Source of the DNA: Raillietiella orientalis
Lineage: Eukaryota
NCBI GenBank assembly: GCA_036172245.1
Contig: JAYWIR010000030.1
Location: 744,001-808,000, forward strand
Reading direction: 5' to 3'
DNA length: 64,000 nucleotides
The notes beneath the pieces were generated by a model. That model ran no database searches. It had not been told where the DNA came from and saw only the letters and a program-made list of their open reading frames with translations. Below, piece by piece: positions 62,250 through 64,000 of the stretch (positions are counted from its first letter, which is position 1; each line of letters begins with the position of its first letter). The position numbers and the translations under genes were made by a program.

Positions 62250-63075
62250 GGTGTTGCTTCGGCCGAAAACAGCAGCTTTCGGCCGAAAATGCACGTGGTT
62301 GGACCGGCGATCCAACCACGTGCATTTAGCGGGAGCCTGCCTGGTTACCGGTTCGCAGGCCAGTGAGGCCCGCCATGGCAGCAGAGGGGAGGGAGCAAGC
62401 AGAAAAAAAAGAAACAAAAAAAAAAAATGAATAAACTTTGGGGGAAGGGGAGGGAGGGGGGGGATTATGTCCTGCTGGGGACGGCCCTCTGCATCCTTTG
62501 GAGGACGCCGGCAAGGTCTTGCTGGATATTGCTGTCCAGATGAGACCATCTCGTTGCCATCCTCATGAAGCGGATGGCCAAGTGGACATGGCATCCCTGT
62601 CTCTCGGTCCCTCTCTTGAGTCGCTCCAGGCAGCGACAATCCCGCCCAGGCAACACAGAACTGCTAGCTAAGATGACGGTCGATCTGTGTTGCGTAGGAG
62701 GGGAGGTCATAAAGCGCCCCTGGAGTTGCTGCTCGGGGTTCCTAGGTTCGCGGCAAAGAGTTCCCAGAGGGGCTGGAGGGCAACAACACGATCCACAAGC
62801 AGGTGTGGAAGGGATTCACGCTCCCCTCAACACCAGACACGTTGGGGTCCCCACACACCACATGTGATGCTGGCGGCCGTTGCACGGGGGGTCCCAGTGC
62901 AACAACATCAGCGCCGACTCCCAGCACAAGGGAAGGGTGAGTCTGTCCAGAAGCACCGAGGGCCACTTCAGAAAATCGGAATTCCCGGTGGCTCGCCCCA
63001 GAGCCCACTCTGCTTGGAAGACCAAAGAATCTTTACTCGGCAATCTGCCGAATCGGGTCGCCTTACCCCGAGCCC
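62250..63075 (-). mobile_element. Tx1/L1-like 3' fragment with structured 3' UTR
   Basis: LPLCWESALMLLHWDPPCN, RWSHLDSNIQQDLAGVLQRMQ, T-rich tract and hairpins at 62258-62365. Confidence 0.85.
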
Positions 63076-64000
63076 CCTAGGTCTCGGGAAGTGGCCGAGG
63101 GTGGGGTGGAAGAGGAAGAATCAGTCGCACGGTGCCCAACGCCGCGAAAGCTCCGATGTACTGACTGCTAGGGCACACACACCTCCTCTCCCGAAACAAG
63201 CTCCGGCTGAAAGCAAACGGATCTTCTGTCGGGGGGGAGGTCTCCAGGATCCCGTGGTCCTGGTAGCCTCCACGCCACAGCCTCGCGGTAGCTCCTTCCC
63301 CTTTCCCTTTGCACGGATGCACGGCCTTTGCCCTGCCGGCTACTCCGTCCGGAACTCCTGCTGCTCTTTTCATTCCTCTCTTTTGACAGGATCACGTGCC
63401 AACGAGACCTTGGCAACCCCTTTGATCAATCCCTCCTTCCCCCTCTTTACGCGGCAAGCGATCACCCTAATCCCCTTGACTTTTTCCGGCCTCTTCAGCT
63501 TGGAAAGCTTCCGTCGTCTGGGGGACGCAGACGAATCCGATCCGACCGTTGAGCTCGCAAAGGACCCTACCGCACGAGGAGCAGCAAGCAGCTTTCGCTT
63601 ACGCAGCGACTCCGCATCTGGTCCTTGAGGGTTCCTCCTCGTCGACTTCCCTCCCGAGGGCAAACGCGTTGCGAGCCGGCGCGGATTTCCGTAAGGTACG
63701 ACAAGGAGCGGCACGCATTCAAGCACGCGGAAGCCACGGGGGAGGACGTGCCGGGAAAGCACGGTTGTACGCAACAAGGGATCAAGCGAACGGACGTTCC
63801 CTCCCAGAGCTGAAACAGCCCGTCCTTGGAGGGCCAATCCCGCGGATACCGTACGTACTCCGGACTGTCTCGCCAGGAGCACGTGACGGAGACGACCCCC
63901 CTCTCCACGTCGATGTTCTTCCTAAGAAGGGCACTTGGCAGCCGCCGGACGACGAGGCGGCAGGTCTCCTGCCGGATCAGAGGCAGAGGAAAGTTGATGA

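Noticed and set aside
52600..64000. Many 100-300 aa ORFs as host genes
   Set aside because: No coherent exon chain or family motif beyond the integrase and Tx1-like remnants listed.

Overview
Eukaryotic (metazoan) genomic DNA with very short spliceosomal introns (36-60 nt), nematode-like in style but not assignable from this window. Bases 1-3100 hold a CCDC74/CCDC92-like gene (-) and probable exons of an unknown gene (+). Bases 4.2-28.9 kb hold three tandem copies of a ~4.6 kb cassette carrying a TRAIP-like RING-H2/coiled-coil E3 ligase gene followed 134 bp later by Nup35/Nup53. The Nup35 copies and flanks are nearly identical, but the N-terminal exons of the TRAIP-like gene are hypervariable. 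Exon 3 of copies 1 and 2 differs at 20 of 52 codons with no synonymous change, and in copy 3 exons 1-4 are far more diverged than the adjacent intron while frame, splice phase and zinc ligands are kept. This is the main candidate for an undescribed system (diversifying or balancing selection on a recognition module). The rest is mostly decayed transposable elements: nested Tx1/L1-like retrotransposon fragments with a shared structured 3' end, SGNH-esterase ORF1 remnants, Ty3/gypsy remnants, a degenerate 28S rRNA fragment, a U2 snRNA-derived sequence lacking the branch-point pairing region, and nested inverted repeats. All alignments, translations and family assignments were made by eye from recalled motifs; no database searches were run.
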